Below, piece by piece: positions 10,051-18,561 of a stretch of DNA of 64,000 bases. The position numbers were made by a program, and so were the translations under genes. Positions within the stretch are counted from its first letter, which is position 1; every line of letters begins with the position of its first letter. The DNA is from an uncultured Flavobacteriales bacterium (GTDB taxonomy: Bacteria > Bacteroidota > Bacteroidia > Flavobacteriales_G > JALEGO01): contig CAYOHR010000001.1 of NCBI GenBank assembly GCA_964403835.1, positions 5,862-69,861 on the forward strand, written 5' to 3'. The notes below the pieces were generated by a model. It had not been told where the DNA came from. It saw only the letters and a list, made by a program, of their open reading frames with translations, and searched no databases.

Positions 10051-10120
10051 TAGGAAGATATTTATTAGATTAATGGTAATTCCGCTTTTGGATTATCCTA
10101 TAAGCATGTTATAAATTTGA
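10051..10120 (+). repeat. Direct repeat copy B (non-coding copy of the Imm22-like gene 3' end + spacer)
   Basis: See copy A. It lies 27 nt downstream of the stop of 9641..10024 and retains ...GGAAGATATTTATTAGATTAA (GRYLLD*) without an attached gene. Confidence 0.9.
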
Positions 10121-10195
10121 TTTTTTTTAAACAAAAATGATACTATCTTTAGTTACTAGCAACTTTTATTAATTATTTAGAATCGGCAGCTTAAA

Positions 10196-10744
10196 TTATC
10201 CAAAAACACAATCTTTAACTGTTGCTTCGCCAATTTTTGTTAACTCTGTTTCAACATCCGGAATTATGATATTTGCAATTTCTGAAGTCAAGTATTTTAG
10301 TCCTTTTTGATATAGAAATTGCAAAAGTTGGTCAAAAGATTTGGCAGGAAAAATTTCTGGTTTTTCAAGGTTATGAACTGCAATTGTAATATCATCAACC
10401 ACTCTATGGCTTTGAAAAACAAGCATAAAATAAGGAAGTATTCTGCTAATTTTTAAATGTATAACTTCAATTGCACCTTCCTCCCTTACTGCATTTTCAA
10501 AATCCTTTGTGGTTAGAATAGATGAGCTTGGGTTTTTTGTGGAAATAATTTGATAGGTAAAACAGTAATCGTAGTTATAATCGGTTAGGTTAAGCACATT
10601 ATACGGAGGGAAAAGCGCTATTAGTTCGTCATAAATACCTTTTGTGTTTGACCACATTACCTTTTTAAGAATTGCGTAGTCGTTTTTACGATAAACACCT
10701 TCTATTAATGATAGGATGTCATTCGGTATTTTCATCTCATCCAA
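10196..10744 (-). CDS. Hypothetical protein (182 aa)
   Basis: Clean ATG ORF 18 nt downstream of the 233-aa gene on the same strand. No recognisable motif. Confidence 0.6.
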   Translation of the reverse strand: MDEMKIPNDILSLIEGVYRKNDYAILKKVMWSNTKGIYDELIALFPPYNVLNLTDYNYDYCFTYQIISTKNPSSSILTTKDFENAVREEGAIEVIHLKISRILPYFMLVFQSHRVVDDITIAVHNLEKPEIFPAKSFDQLLQFLYQKGLKYLTSEIANIIIPDVETELTKIGEATVKDCVFG

Positions 10745-10762
10745 ACCTTTATTAGCAATGTT

Positions 10763-11464
10763 TTAAACTATTAACTCATCCGAATCGGCTTGGAATTTAA
10801 AGCCTAAGCGTTTGCCTGTTTTAAGCGGCATATTTTTTGATATTTCTTCCATTTCGTATATAGAAAGTTCTTTCATAGCGTCATAGGAAGGAACAAACAA
10901 ATCAAAATCTAAGGCATATAATAAAAGGGATTCAATTACTTTTCTCAACTCATCCCGATCAATAACAGCATTTGAAAAATCGTTGTATAAAAACCCCATT
11001 TGTCGTTTTCCTTCTAAAAAATAATGGTTTTCTTTATTCACAAAAAGGCGAGCAATTAAATATCCCACATCATTTTTCCGATCATAAATAAACGAGTCTT
11101 TCAAAAAATTATACACATAAATAATTCCGCAATACGAACGTGTATCATCATCCTGAATATAAGATGTTTTCCACATACCATGACTTTTATCAAACTGAAA
11201 AACATTGGAATGCATGTGAAAAATAAGAACATCTCCGGCAATAATAATCTCCAATTCAAAATCGTTTTGTATTCTATAATCCAACGGAATATTGGGATCC
11301 AGGTTAGGCAACGATCTTCTTAACTCAGAAATAACCTCAGCCACAACTTGAACCATATCGTTAAATACTTTTTTCGTGTTTCGATATACCAATTGTTTCA
11401 TGGTAGCCTTTTCTGCAACCACAGTTTGCAGGGATATAAAAGATGAAGAGGGTTTCTTTGTCAT
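10763..11464 (-). CDS. Conserved Bacteroidota hypothetical protein (233 aa)
   Basis: The sequence (ILIFHMHSNVFQFDKSHGMWK...YCGIIYVYNFL...GYLIARLFVNKENHYFLEGKRQMGFLYNDF...TGKRLGFKF) matches a conserved hypothetical family I recall from Flavobacteriia. Function unknown. Confidence 0.7.
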   Translation of the reverse strand: MTKKPSSSFISLQTVVAEKATMKQLVYRNTKKVFNDMVQVVAEVISELRRSLPNLDPNIPLDYRIQNDFELEIIIAGDVLIFHMHSNVFQFDKSHGMWKTSYIQDDDTRSYCGIIYVYNFLKDSFIYDRKNDVGYLIARLFVNKENHYFLEGKRQMGFLYNDFSNAVIDRDELRKVIESLLLYALDFDLFVPSYDAMKELSIYEMEEISKNMPLKTGKRLGFKFQADSDELIV

Positions 11465-11490
11465 TATCAGCTATTTATAATTGTATAAAA

Positions 11491-12969
11491 TTAATAGGCT
11501 CGTGCAAAAACTACTTTTTTGTTCGATGGTTTACCTGAGTATATGCATACGCCTTTTTCTTCAAAAGAATCAAGCAAAATACAACGTATGGTTGCTTTGG
11601 TTTCTTCTTTTATTTTTTCTTCGGTTTCCGGCGTTCCATCCCAGTGCGCTAATACAAAGCCTCCTTTTTCATCTAAAGTTCGCTTAAACTCATCGTATGT
11701 GCTTACCTGATGGGTGTTTTCTTCACGAAACAGTTTGTTTTTATTCATTAAGTTATGCTGTATATCTTCCAACATATCTTTTACGGTATTTGAGAGCGAT
11801 TCCATGGCAATACTTGTTTTTTCTAAGGTATCTCTACGCACCACTTCAACCGTATTATTCTCCAAGTCTTTTGGGCCAATAGCAATTCTAACAGGCACCC
11901 CTTTAAACTCGTACTCAGCAAATTTCCAACCGGGTTTTTGTGTATCTCGGTTATCGTATTTTACGCTTATTCCCAGGGCTTCTAATTGTTTTTTAATTTC
12001 GTTTGCTTTTTCTGAAATAGTCATTAATTGGTCCTCCCCCTTATAAATAGGAACTATGACTACTTGAATGGGCGCTAATTTTGGTGGTAAAACCAAGCCT
12101 AAATCATCGGAATGAGACATAATCAAGGCCCCCATTAAACGCGTAGAAACGCCCCACGAAGTTGCCCATACATATTCATTTTTCCCTTCTTTTGAGGCAA
12201 ATTTTACATCAAATGCCTTGGCAAAATTTTGTCCCAAAAAGTGAGAAGTGCCTGCCTGTAAAGCTTTCCCGTCTTGCATTAATGCCTCAATGCAAAATGT
12301 TTCTAATGCGCCGGCAAAACGCTCATTGGGCGATTTTACTCCTTTTATAACCGACATGGCCATAAATTTTTCGGCAAACTCGGCATACACATATAGCATT
12401 TTTGTTGCTTCTTCAACGGCTTCCTGCTCACTGGCATGCGCCGTATGACCTTCTTGCCACAAAAACTCGGCCGTTCTTAAAAACAAGCGCGTTCTCATTT
12501 CCCAACGCACCACATTCGCCCATTGATTAATGAGTATAGGTAAATCGCGGTATGACTGTATCCAATTTTTATAAGTTTTCCATATAATAGCTTCCGAAGT
12601 AGGCCGAACAATTAATTCTTCTTCTAACTTGGCTTCCGGGTCAACCATTAATTTACCGGGCCGATCAGGGTCTGTTTTTAAACGATAATGCGTTACAACG
12701 GCACATTCTTTTGCAAAACCTGCCGCGTTTTTTTCTTCTGCTTCAAATAAACTTTTAGGGACAAAAAGAGGGAAATAAGCATTTACATGGCCCGTTTCTT
12801 TAAACATTTTATCGAGTTGCTGTTGCATTTTTTCCCATATTGCATACCCATACGGTTTAATAACCATACAACCTCGCACTTCCGAATTTTCAGCTAAATC
12901 TGCCCGTTTTACAATCTCATTATACCATTCAGAATAGTTCTCTTTTCTACTAGGAAAATCCTTTGCCAT
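11491..12969 (-). CDS. proS: Proline--tRNA ligase (archaeal/eukaryote-like class II type)
   Basis: 492 aa. N-terminus [37 protein letters not shown], with class II motifs and a C-terminal ProRS domain. Confidence 0.95.
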   Translation of the reverse strand: MAKDFPSRKENYSEWYNEIVKRADLAENSEVRGCMVIKPYGYAIWEKMQQQLDKMFKETGHVNAYFPLFVPKSLFEAEEKNAAGFAKECAVVTHYRLKTDPDRPGKLMVDPEAKLEEELIVRPTSEAIIWKTYKNWIQSYRDLPILINQWANVVRWEMRTRLFLRTAEFLWQEGHTAHASEQEAVEEATKMLYVYAEFAEKFMAMSVIKGVKSPNERFAGALETFCIEALMQDGKALQAGTSHFLGQNFAKAFDVKFASKEGKNEYVWATSWGVSTRLMGALIMSHSDDLGLVLPPKLAPIQVVIVPIYKGEDQLMTISEKANEIKKQLEALGISVKYDNRDTQKPGWKFAEYEFKGVPVRIAIGPKDLENNTVEVVRRDTLEKTSIAMESLSNTVKDMLEDIQHNLMNKNKLFREENTHQVSTYDEFKRTLDEKGGFVLAHWDGTPETEEKIKEETKATIRCILLDSFEEKGVCIYSGKPSNKKVVFARAY

Positions 12970-12988
12970 AATCTTCTTAAAATTTACT

Positions 12989-12996
12989 CAAACTTA
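12989..12996 (-). promoter_or_regulatory. Candidate Bacteroidota -7 box (TAAGTTTG) for proS
   Basis: The minus-strand sequence TAAGTTTG fits TAnnTTTG and ends 19 nt upstream of the proS ATG. Confidence 0.3.
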
Positions 12997-13184
12997 CATA
13001 AATATGAACAAAAAATTATGGAATACGGCCCGAAAATTAAACCCTATGTTAATTTTGCTTAAACTGGCCTTTTGTTGAGAAGAATTTCTGTTAAATGAAT
13101 TTATTCATACAGTTTTTTAGTATTTTTAGGTATCCATTGATTATTGCGTTATCTTATCGTTTAACTTATATATCACAAAATTTA

Positions 13185-13227
13185 GAAAACCCCTTGAAAA
13201 TAAAGGGGTTTTCTGCTTTTTTATTTT
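13185..13227 (+). terminator. Intrinsic-terminator-like hairpin (perfect 11-bp stem) + T-tract
   Basis: GAAAACCCCTT (13185-13195) / 7-nt loop / AAGGGGTTTTC (13203-13213), followed by TGCTTTTTTATTTT. It lies inside the would-be signal-peptide coding region of the downstream gene. Confidence 0.5.
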
Positions 13228-13228
13228 A

Positions 13229-14548
13229 TTGACCCTCGCTTTTCAGGCACGGGGACAAGAAAATGCAGGTTTAATTACAGATAATTACTTGCCCAGCAGT
13301 CAATTATACATTAATCCGGCTCTTATTGTTGATCAAAAACCATGGTTCGATCTACAATTGGTAGGAGTTTCGGCCTTTATTAAAAACAATTATCTTTTTG
13401 CCCCGGAAAGTAAGTTTATTAAACCGAATGAAATAAATACCTTAGGCTTAAATACCTCAATAAAACACGCTAAAGCCTATGCTAATGCACAAATTTACGG
13501 TCCTGCAGCCAGCATTTGTATCGGAAAAAACTCATTCGGGTTTCAAACCGCTGTTCGTGCCTATGGTAATGCCAATCGCATTCCGCCCCTATTAAGAGTG
13601 CTTGATAATAGCCTAGATCCGGAGTTTCAAAATCAAGTGTATGAAGTAAGCAATTTTAGGCTAAAAGCCTTGGCTTGGGCGCAATTTGGCTTAACGTATG
13701 GAAGAATTATTTTACATGAAAATGATGAAATGATTTCTGGCGGAATATCGGTTAATTATTTAAAAGGTTTAGGCAACCAAGCGCTCATTATTAAAAATGG
13801 AACTTATGATAATACCAGCGGCGATGGAGATTTATTGAATTTAGACGGTAAGTTTTCATACGCAAATCCTCAATGGTCCAATGGAAATGGCTTGAGCACC
13901 AGCATTGGGGTTACTTATAAACGTATGATTGGAAAAGCCAATAATTACGTCCCTCATTCTCCAAAATCGGGCTGTGTAGCTTCCGCTTATAAATTCCGAT
14001 TAGGTGTTTCGTTAATTGATATTGGCAGAATTAAATTTAAAGAGTACTCATATGGAGATTTTGATGTAAACACTAAACTGTCGCTGGATAGTGCTTTGGA
14101 CTTCCAAAATACCTCTGCCAGTCTTCTTAATTCAGGTAAGCAATCATCCAATTTACCTGCCGCACTTTCAGTTCAATTTGATTATAATTTAGGAGAAGGT
14201 TTTTATGCGAATGGTAGTTTAGTACAAAAACTTAGTTTGCCTCGTTCTTACAATGTGGAGCGACCTAATTTATTGCTTATGAGTATTCGGTATGAAAGAA
14301 AATGGCTAGGCGCCGGAATACCTCTTAGTTTTGTTGATTATCACCTTTATCAATTAGGGCTTTGGGTACGACTTGGACCTTTAGTAATTGGGACGGATCA
14401 TATTGTTCCTATTTTTATGTATTCAAAAATATATGGAGCCAGTGTGTATGCAAGCCTCCATATACCTCTTTTTAAAAGTTTTGCTTGTTGGAAAAAAGCC
14501 CGAAATAATACCTATGATGGCGTGCCTTGCCCAAAATGGAGATATTAA
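13229..14548 (+). CDS. Outer-membrane beta-barrel protein (DUF5723 / PorP-SprF-like); start codon uncertain
   Basis: DNYLPSSQLYINPALIVDQKPWFDLQLVGV resembles the N-terminal signature of these OM families (from memory). The in-frame upstream extension to 13172 encodes a good signal peptide but has no ATG/GTG/TTG. Confidence 0.65.
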   Translation: MTLAFQARGQENAGLITDNYLPSSQLYINPALIVDQKPWFDLQLVGVSAFIKNNYLFAPESKFIKPNEINTLGLNTSIKHAKAYANAQIYGPAASICIGKNSFGFQTAVRAYGNANRIPPLLRVLDNSLDPEFQNQVYEVSNFRLKALAWAQFGLTYGRIILHENDEMISGGISVNYLKGLGNQALIIKNGTYDNTSGDGDLLNLDGKFSYANPQWSNGNGLSTSIGVTYKRMIGKANNYVPHSPKSGCVASAYKFRLGVSLIDIGRIKFKEYSYGDFDVNTKLSLDSALDFQNTSASLLNSGKQSSNLPAALSVQFDYNLGEGFYANGSLVQKLSLPRSYNVERPNLLLMSIRYERKWLGAGIPLSFVDYHLYQLGLWVRLGPLVIGTDHIVPIFMYSKIYGASVYASLHIPLFKSFACWKKARNNTYDGVPCPKWRY

Positions 14549-14572
14549 CCCGAATTATGCAATAATTTAGGA

Positions 14573-15925
14573 TTAATTTTTTGATTTTACCCGTATGGCC
14601 CCTTTAAAATGGAGGGCTGTTTTAAAATGATTATTTTTCCAATGATATGAATTTTCTGATAGCTCGGCAGAGGTAAGAATGCCTGATTCCGGAAGGGGTT
14701 CTAAAATAATTTCTGCATCGTGTTGGTGTAATTTTACATATTCAATTCTTTGATCAAATTTTTTTGAATAGTTCAACAATATAGGATACTGAGAAAAAAC
14801 AGAATACCCATTGCCGCATAACATAAGCAGTAAGGCGATGTATGGCATCTTAAAAGAATTTGTTTTTGAACTCATCAAAAATACAAATATGAATAGGCAT
14901 AATAGCGTTATTGGCAAAGTAATTCGATCCGGCCCGGCATCATGCATGGTATATGCCACCGGGAAATGAAAAATTAAAACAAACGCTAAAATAGTGAAGA
15001 GTCCAACGATAAAAAGAGAAATATATGACCACGTTGAAATGCTTTGAATTAGAACATTTCGTTTCATTTTTAAGAGGGGGGCAAATAAGAATGCCGAAAA
15101 AAATAAAAAGATAATTTTTAATCCCCCTGTTTTCAGATAAAGATATGCTGCCAAAACATCCATTTTTAATACCGTTAAACCATTGGCTGCCGCATACGAT
15201 AATTTCCTATCCTGCGTGCCTTCTCCCATATTGCTGAGTATAAATGACCCTGCTAAAAGTAAAAAAGCTAATATTAATTTATTTCTATACCGGGTTTTTC
15301 TTGCTAAAACACACATAATCAATAAAATACCCAAACATAAAATACAGAGTGGTTCGCTGGTTCCTCCTAAATAAATAAAAGAAAAAGCGAGTATTAAATA
15401 GGTGCCAGATGTAGCCTTTGGAGATAAAATTTTACTGATTCCAAGCATTAAAAAACCAAAACTCCATAAATACGTGGTAGAAGCACAATGCCAAAACCAA
15501 ATTTCGCCAATATTAAACGTTCCTAAAAACAGGGTGTTTACAAACAAAACACTGTACAACCACACATGCATAGGCTTTTCGGCGGAAATTATTTCTTTTA
15601 AAAAAGAAAAACTAGCATATATTAAAAATAAAAGCCCAAACAGCTGAAACCCAAAAAAATTAGCAGGCGCTTGGTAAAATGATAAAACAAAATGGTTTAA
15701 AAATACAGAAGTCCAACGGCTGCAATGAATATAATATTCTTGAATAGTCGCTTCAACAGGTCCGAATTTTTGAGCAGCATTCCAAAAATAAAAATCATCA
15801 ATGGCAAATCGATTGTAATAGGCAATAATCCCGTATAAAATTAAAAAACTGAAAGATGTAAAAATAGCCAGTGATACGAATAACTTTTCCGTTAACCCCG
15901 ACTCATTCTTCAATTTTTTATCCAC
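14573..15925 (-). CDS. Polytopic integral membrane protein (>=10 predicted TM segments), function unknown
   Basis: Very hydrophobic ORF. The track start at 16000 overlaps the upstream gene by 83 nt. An in-frame GTG at 15925 or TTG at 15913 is more plausible. Confidence 0.65.
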   Translation of the reverse strand: MDKKLKNESGLTEKLFVSLAIFTSFSFLILYGIIAYYNRFAIDDFYFWNAAQKFGPVEATIQEYYIHCSRWTSVFLNHFVLSFYQAPANFFGFQLFGLLFLIYASFSFLKEIISAEKPMHVWLYSVLFVNTLFLGTFNIGEIWFWHCASTTYLWSFGFLMLGISKILSPKATSGTYLILAFSFIYLGGTSEPLCILCLGILLIMCVLARKTRYRNKLILAFLLLAGSFILSNMGEGTQDRKLSYAAANGLTVLKMDVLAAYLYLKTGGLKIIFLFFSAFLFAPLLKMKRNVLIQSISTWSYISLFIVGLFTILAFVLIFHFPVAYTMHDAGPDRITLPITLLCLFIFVFLMSSKTNSFKMPYIALLLMLCGNGYSVFSQYPILLNYSKKFDQRIEYVKLHQHDAEIILEPLPESGILTSAELSENSYHWKNNHFKTALHFKGAIRVKSKN

Positions 15926-16562
15926 GCACAAACGGATTACTTCTTTTTTCTTTGCCAATGGTAGTGGGCTCGCCATGCCCTGTGTACACAACAACCTCAT
16001 CGGGCAAGGTGTACAATTTTTTTTGAATACTATCTATTAAATCTTGGTGATTACAATTGGGTAAGTCCGTCCTTCCTATGCTGCCATTAAACAAAACATC
16101 TCCATTTATTAAAAATTGTTGTTCTTGGTTGTAAAACACCACATGACCAGGCGCATGACCAGGTGTAAAAATGACTGTTAATGCGCTTTTTCCAAAAGTG
16201 ATCACCTCTCCTTCTGTCAAAAATTCTTTAGGCAAACTGGATGTTTCATAGGGTATTCCGTACATTTTTGAAGCCAAAGGCGTCATTTCTGTTAATGTAG
16301 GCAAATCTTTTTCATGAATGATAGGGTATAAACCAAACTCATTCGTAATAAATTTATTCCCTAAAACATGGTCGATATGGCAATGCGTATTTAATAATTT
16401 AACCGGTTTTAGCTCGTTTGAATATATAAATGCCTTTAAATCAGCTTTTTCATCCTCATCAAAACACCCGGGATCTATAATTACACACTCCCCTGTTTCG
16501 TCATATAAAACGTACGAATTTTCTTGGAATGGGTTAAACGTAAATGATTGAATTTGAATCAT
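15918..16562 (-). CDS. MBL-fold metallo-hydrolase (glyoxalase II-like)
   Basis: HCHIDH metal-binding motif, later TPGHAPGH and GD..F...GR.D. 214 aa. Confidence 0.85.
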   Translation of the reverse strand: MIQIQSFTFNPFQENSYVLYDETGECVIIDPGCFDEDEKADLKAFIYSNELKPVKLLNTHCHIDHVLGNKFITNEFGLYPIIHEKDLPTLTEMTPLASKMYGIPYETSSLPKEFLTEGEVITFGKSALTVIFTPGHAPGHVVFYNQEQQFLINGDVLFNGSIGRTDLPNCNHQDLIDSIQKKLYTLPDEVVVYTGHGEPTTIGKEKRSNPFVRG

Positions 16563-16631
16563 AATATTGATAATTATACAAAGTTATAGTAAAAGTATTT
16601 TATGATTATATAAATATTGCTATATTTAAAA

Positions 16632-17753
16632 ATGCCTCAACCCAACCATGATTTATTATACAAAATTGGCTTAACGCTGTTGCCTAAAATTGGCCCCATA
16701 AATTCGAAGCGTTTGCTAGCATACATGGGAAGTGCAGAGGCCGTCTTTAACGACCCCAAATCAACCCTTTTAAAAGTCCCGGGCATTGGTGAAATATTGG
16801 TAAAAAGCATTTTAGATGAACGAACAGAGGCTTTAAAACGCGCCGAAAAAGAACTGCTTTTTATTGAAAAATATGCCATTGATGTTCTTTTTTATTTAGA
16901 TAAACAATATCCGGAAAAATTAACCCATTGCGAAGATGGCCCCTTGTTATTATACAAAAAAGGCAATGGAAATTTTAATTCGTCGAAAATTTTAGCAGTG
17001 GTGGGAACCCGCAACGCCACTAAATATGGCAAAGAATATTGCGAAAAAATTATTTCAGACTTAGCTCATCATTCTGATTTATTAATTTTAAGCGGATTGG
17101 CTTCCGGCATAGATGTATGTGCGCACAAGGCTGCATTAGAGAACAATATCCCCACATCGGGTGTGTTAGGCCATGGCTTAGACCGAATTTATCCCCCTTC
17201 TCATCGAGAAACATCTTTAAAAATGTTAACCAGTGGTTGCTTAATTACCGAATTTATGAGTGAAACCAATCCGGATCGTGAAAATTTCCCGAAAAGAAAC
17301 CGCATTGTAGCCGGTATTTGTGATGCTTTATTAGTGATTGAGTCTGATATAAAAGGAGGTTCCATGATCACCGCCAAACTGGCCAGTGCCTACAACAGAG
17401 ATGTATTTGCGCTGCCCGGTCATGTAGACCATCAATACAGCAAAGGCTGCAACTATTTAATTAAAACAAATCAAGCTTCGTTAATAGTAGATGCGAGGGA
17501 TATTGAGCATATTATGGGATGGAACAGTCCAAAAAATAAAACAAAAGGTAACCAAACTGCTTTATTTGTAGACTTATCGGATGAAGAACAAAAAATAGTA
17601 GATTTATTAAAAGAAAAAGGAGATTTAAAAGTGGATCAAATTTCTTTATTTTTGGAATTAAAAATGAGCGATGTGCTTGCTTATTTATTAAATTTAGAGA
17701 TGAATATGATGGTTCGGGCACTGCCTGGTAAAATTTATAGTTTAGCTGTTTAA
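16632..17753 (+). CDS. dprA: DNA-processing protein DprA
   Basis: LLYKIGLTLLPKIGPINSKRLL...; Rossmann-like core AVVGTRNATKYG...SGLASGIDVCAHKAAL...GGSMITA. The ATG at 16632 is preferred over the TTG at 16617. Confidence 0.9.
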   Translation: MPQPNHDLLYKIGLTLLPKIGPINSKRLLAYMGSAEAVFNDPKSTLLKVPGIGEILVKSILDERTEALKRAEKELLFIEKYAIDVLFYLDKQYPEKLTHCEDGPLLLYKKGNGNFNSSKILAVVGTRNATKYGKEYCEKIISDLAHHSDLLILSGLASGIDVCAHKAALENNIPTSGVLGHGLDRIYPPSHRETSLKMLTSGCLITEFMSETNPDRENFPKRNRIVAGICDALLVIESDIKGGSMITAKLASAYNRDVFALPGHVDHQYSKGCNYLIKTNQASLIVDARDIEHIMGWNSPKNKTKGNQTALFVDLSDEEQKIVDLLKEKGDLKVDQISLFLELKMSDVLAYLLNLEMNMMVRALPGKIYSLAV

Positions 17754-17787
17754 AAAAGATTGTATTTTTACGCACAAAGTTTTTAAT

Positions 17788-18561
17788 ATGCCACGAAAAA
17801 GAATTGCTTTTTTAGGAAACAAAGATATTGGTTACGAGTGTTTTTATTATTTATTAGAAAACCGCGATGTGTTAGGTATTGATATTGCAGCGGTCATTAC
17901 CAACGATAAATCGCCTTTATTAAGCAAAGGAAAAAGCATTTTAAAACTAGCCAAAAAACATAATATTCCTACCTTAAAAAAATCGCATGATTTATTATCT
18001 ATTACAGACATAGATATTTTACTGAGTGTACAATACCATGACATTTTAAAAGAACAACAAATTAAGGTTGCTAAACAAATTGCCGTTAATTTACACATGG
18101 CTCCCTTGCCCGATTACAGAGGCTGCAACCAATTTTCTTTTGCCATATTAGATAATGCGAAAGAGTTTGGATCTACCCTGCACCGGATAGAAAAAGGAAT
18201 TGATACCGGCGATATTTTGTTTGAACACCGATTTATGATAGAACCCAATTCGACCGTGACCGAATTATACGAAAAAACCTATAAATCGGCTGTGTACCTT
18301 TTTAAATCTTCCATTAAGCGCATTGTGGATGGAGATTATGTACTGGTTCCTCAAAAAAGTTTAATAGCATTTAGGGGCAGTGCTTTTCATCAAAGAAAAG
18401 AGATAGATAAAATAAAAGAAATAGACTTAAGTTGGCCTACTGAAAAAATTAAAAAACAGGTTCGGGCTACGTACTTCCCCCCTTTTTCGCCCCCTTTTGC
18501 TTTGGTTGATGGAAAAAAAATTGATATTACTCCCGAATGGATCTTAGATAACCTGGATTAA
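17788..18561 (+). CDS. Formyltransferase-family protein (N-terminal formyl_trans domain only)
   Basis: NLHMAPLPDYRGCN (variant of the N-x-H-x-S-L-L-P-x-x-R-G motif) and IDTGDIL. 257 aa. Confidence 0.75.
   Translation: MPRKRIAFLGNKDIGYECFYYLLENRDVLGIDIAAVITNDKSPLLSKGKSILKLAKKHNIPTLKKSHDLLSITDIDILLSVQYHDILKEQQIKVAKQIAVNLHMAPLPDYRGCNQFSFAILDNAKEFGSTLHRIEKGIDTGDILFEHRFMIEPNSTVTELYEKTYKSAVYLFKSSIKRIVDGDYVLVPQKSLIAFRGSAFHQRKEIDKIKEIDLSWPTEKIKKQVRATYFPPFSPPFALVDGKKIDITPEWILDNLD

Noticed and set aside
6901-10760. Mobile-element hallmarks (transposase, integrase, inverted terminal repeats, tRNA target) around the AT-rich island
   Set aside because: I looked for them but found none in the window. The island is therefore reported as a cassette array with direct repeats, not as an IS, transposon or integrative element.
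15926-16000. First 25 codons of the membrane-protein ORF (MRLLCTQGMASPLPLAKKKEVIRLC) overlapping the MBL hydrolase gene by 83 nt
   Set aside because: The overlap covers the conserved C-terminus of the hydrolase. In-frame GTG 15925 or TTG 15913 gives a sensible start just before the first TM helix.
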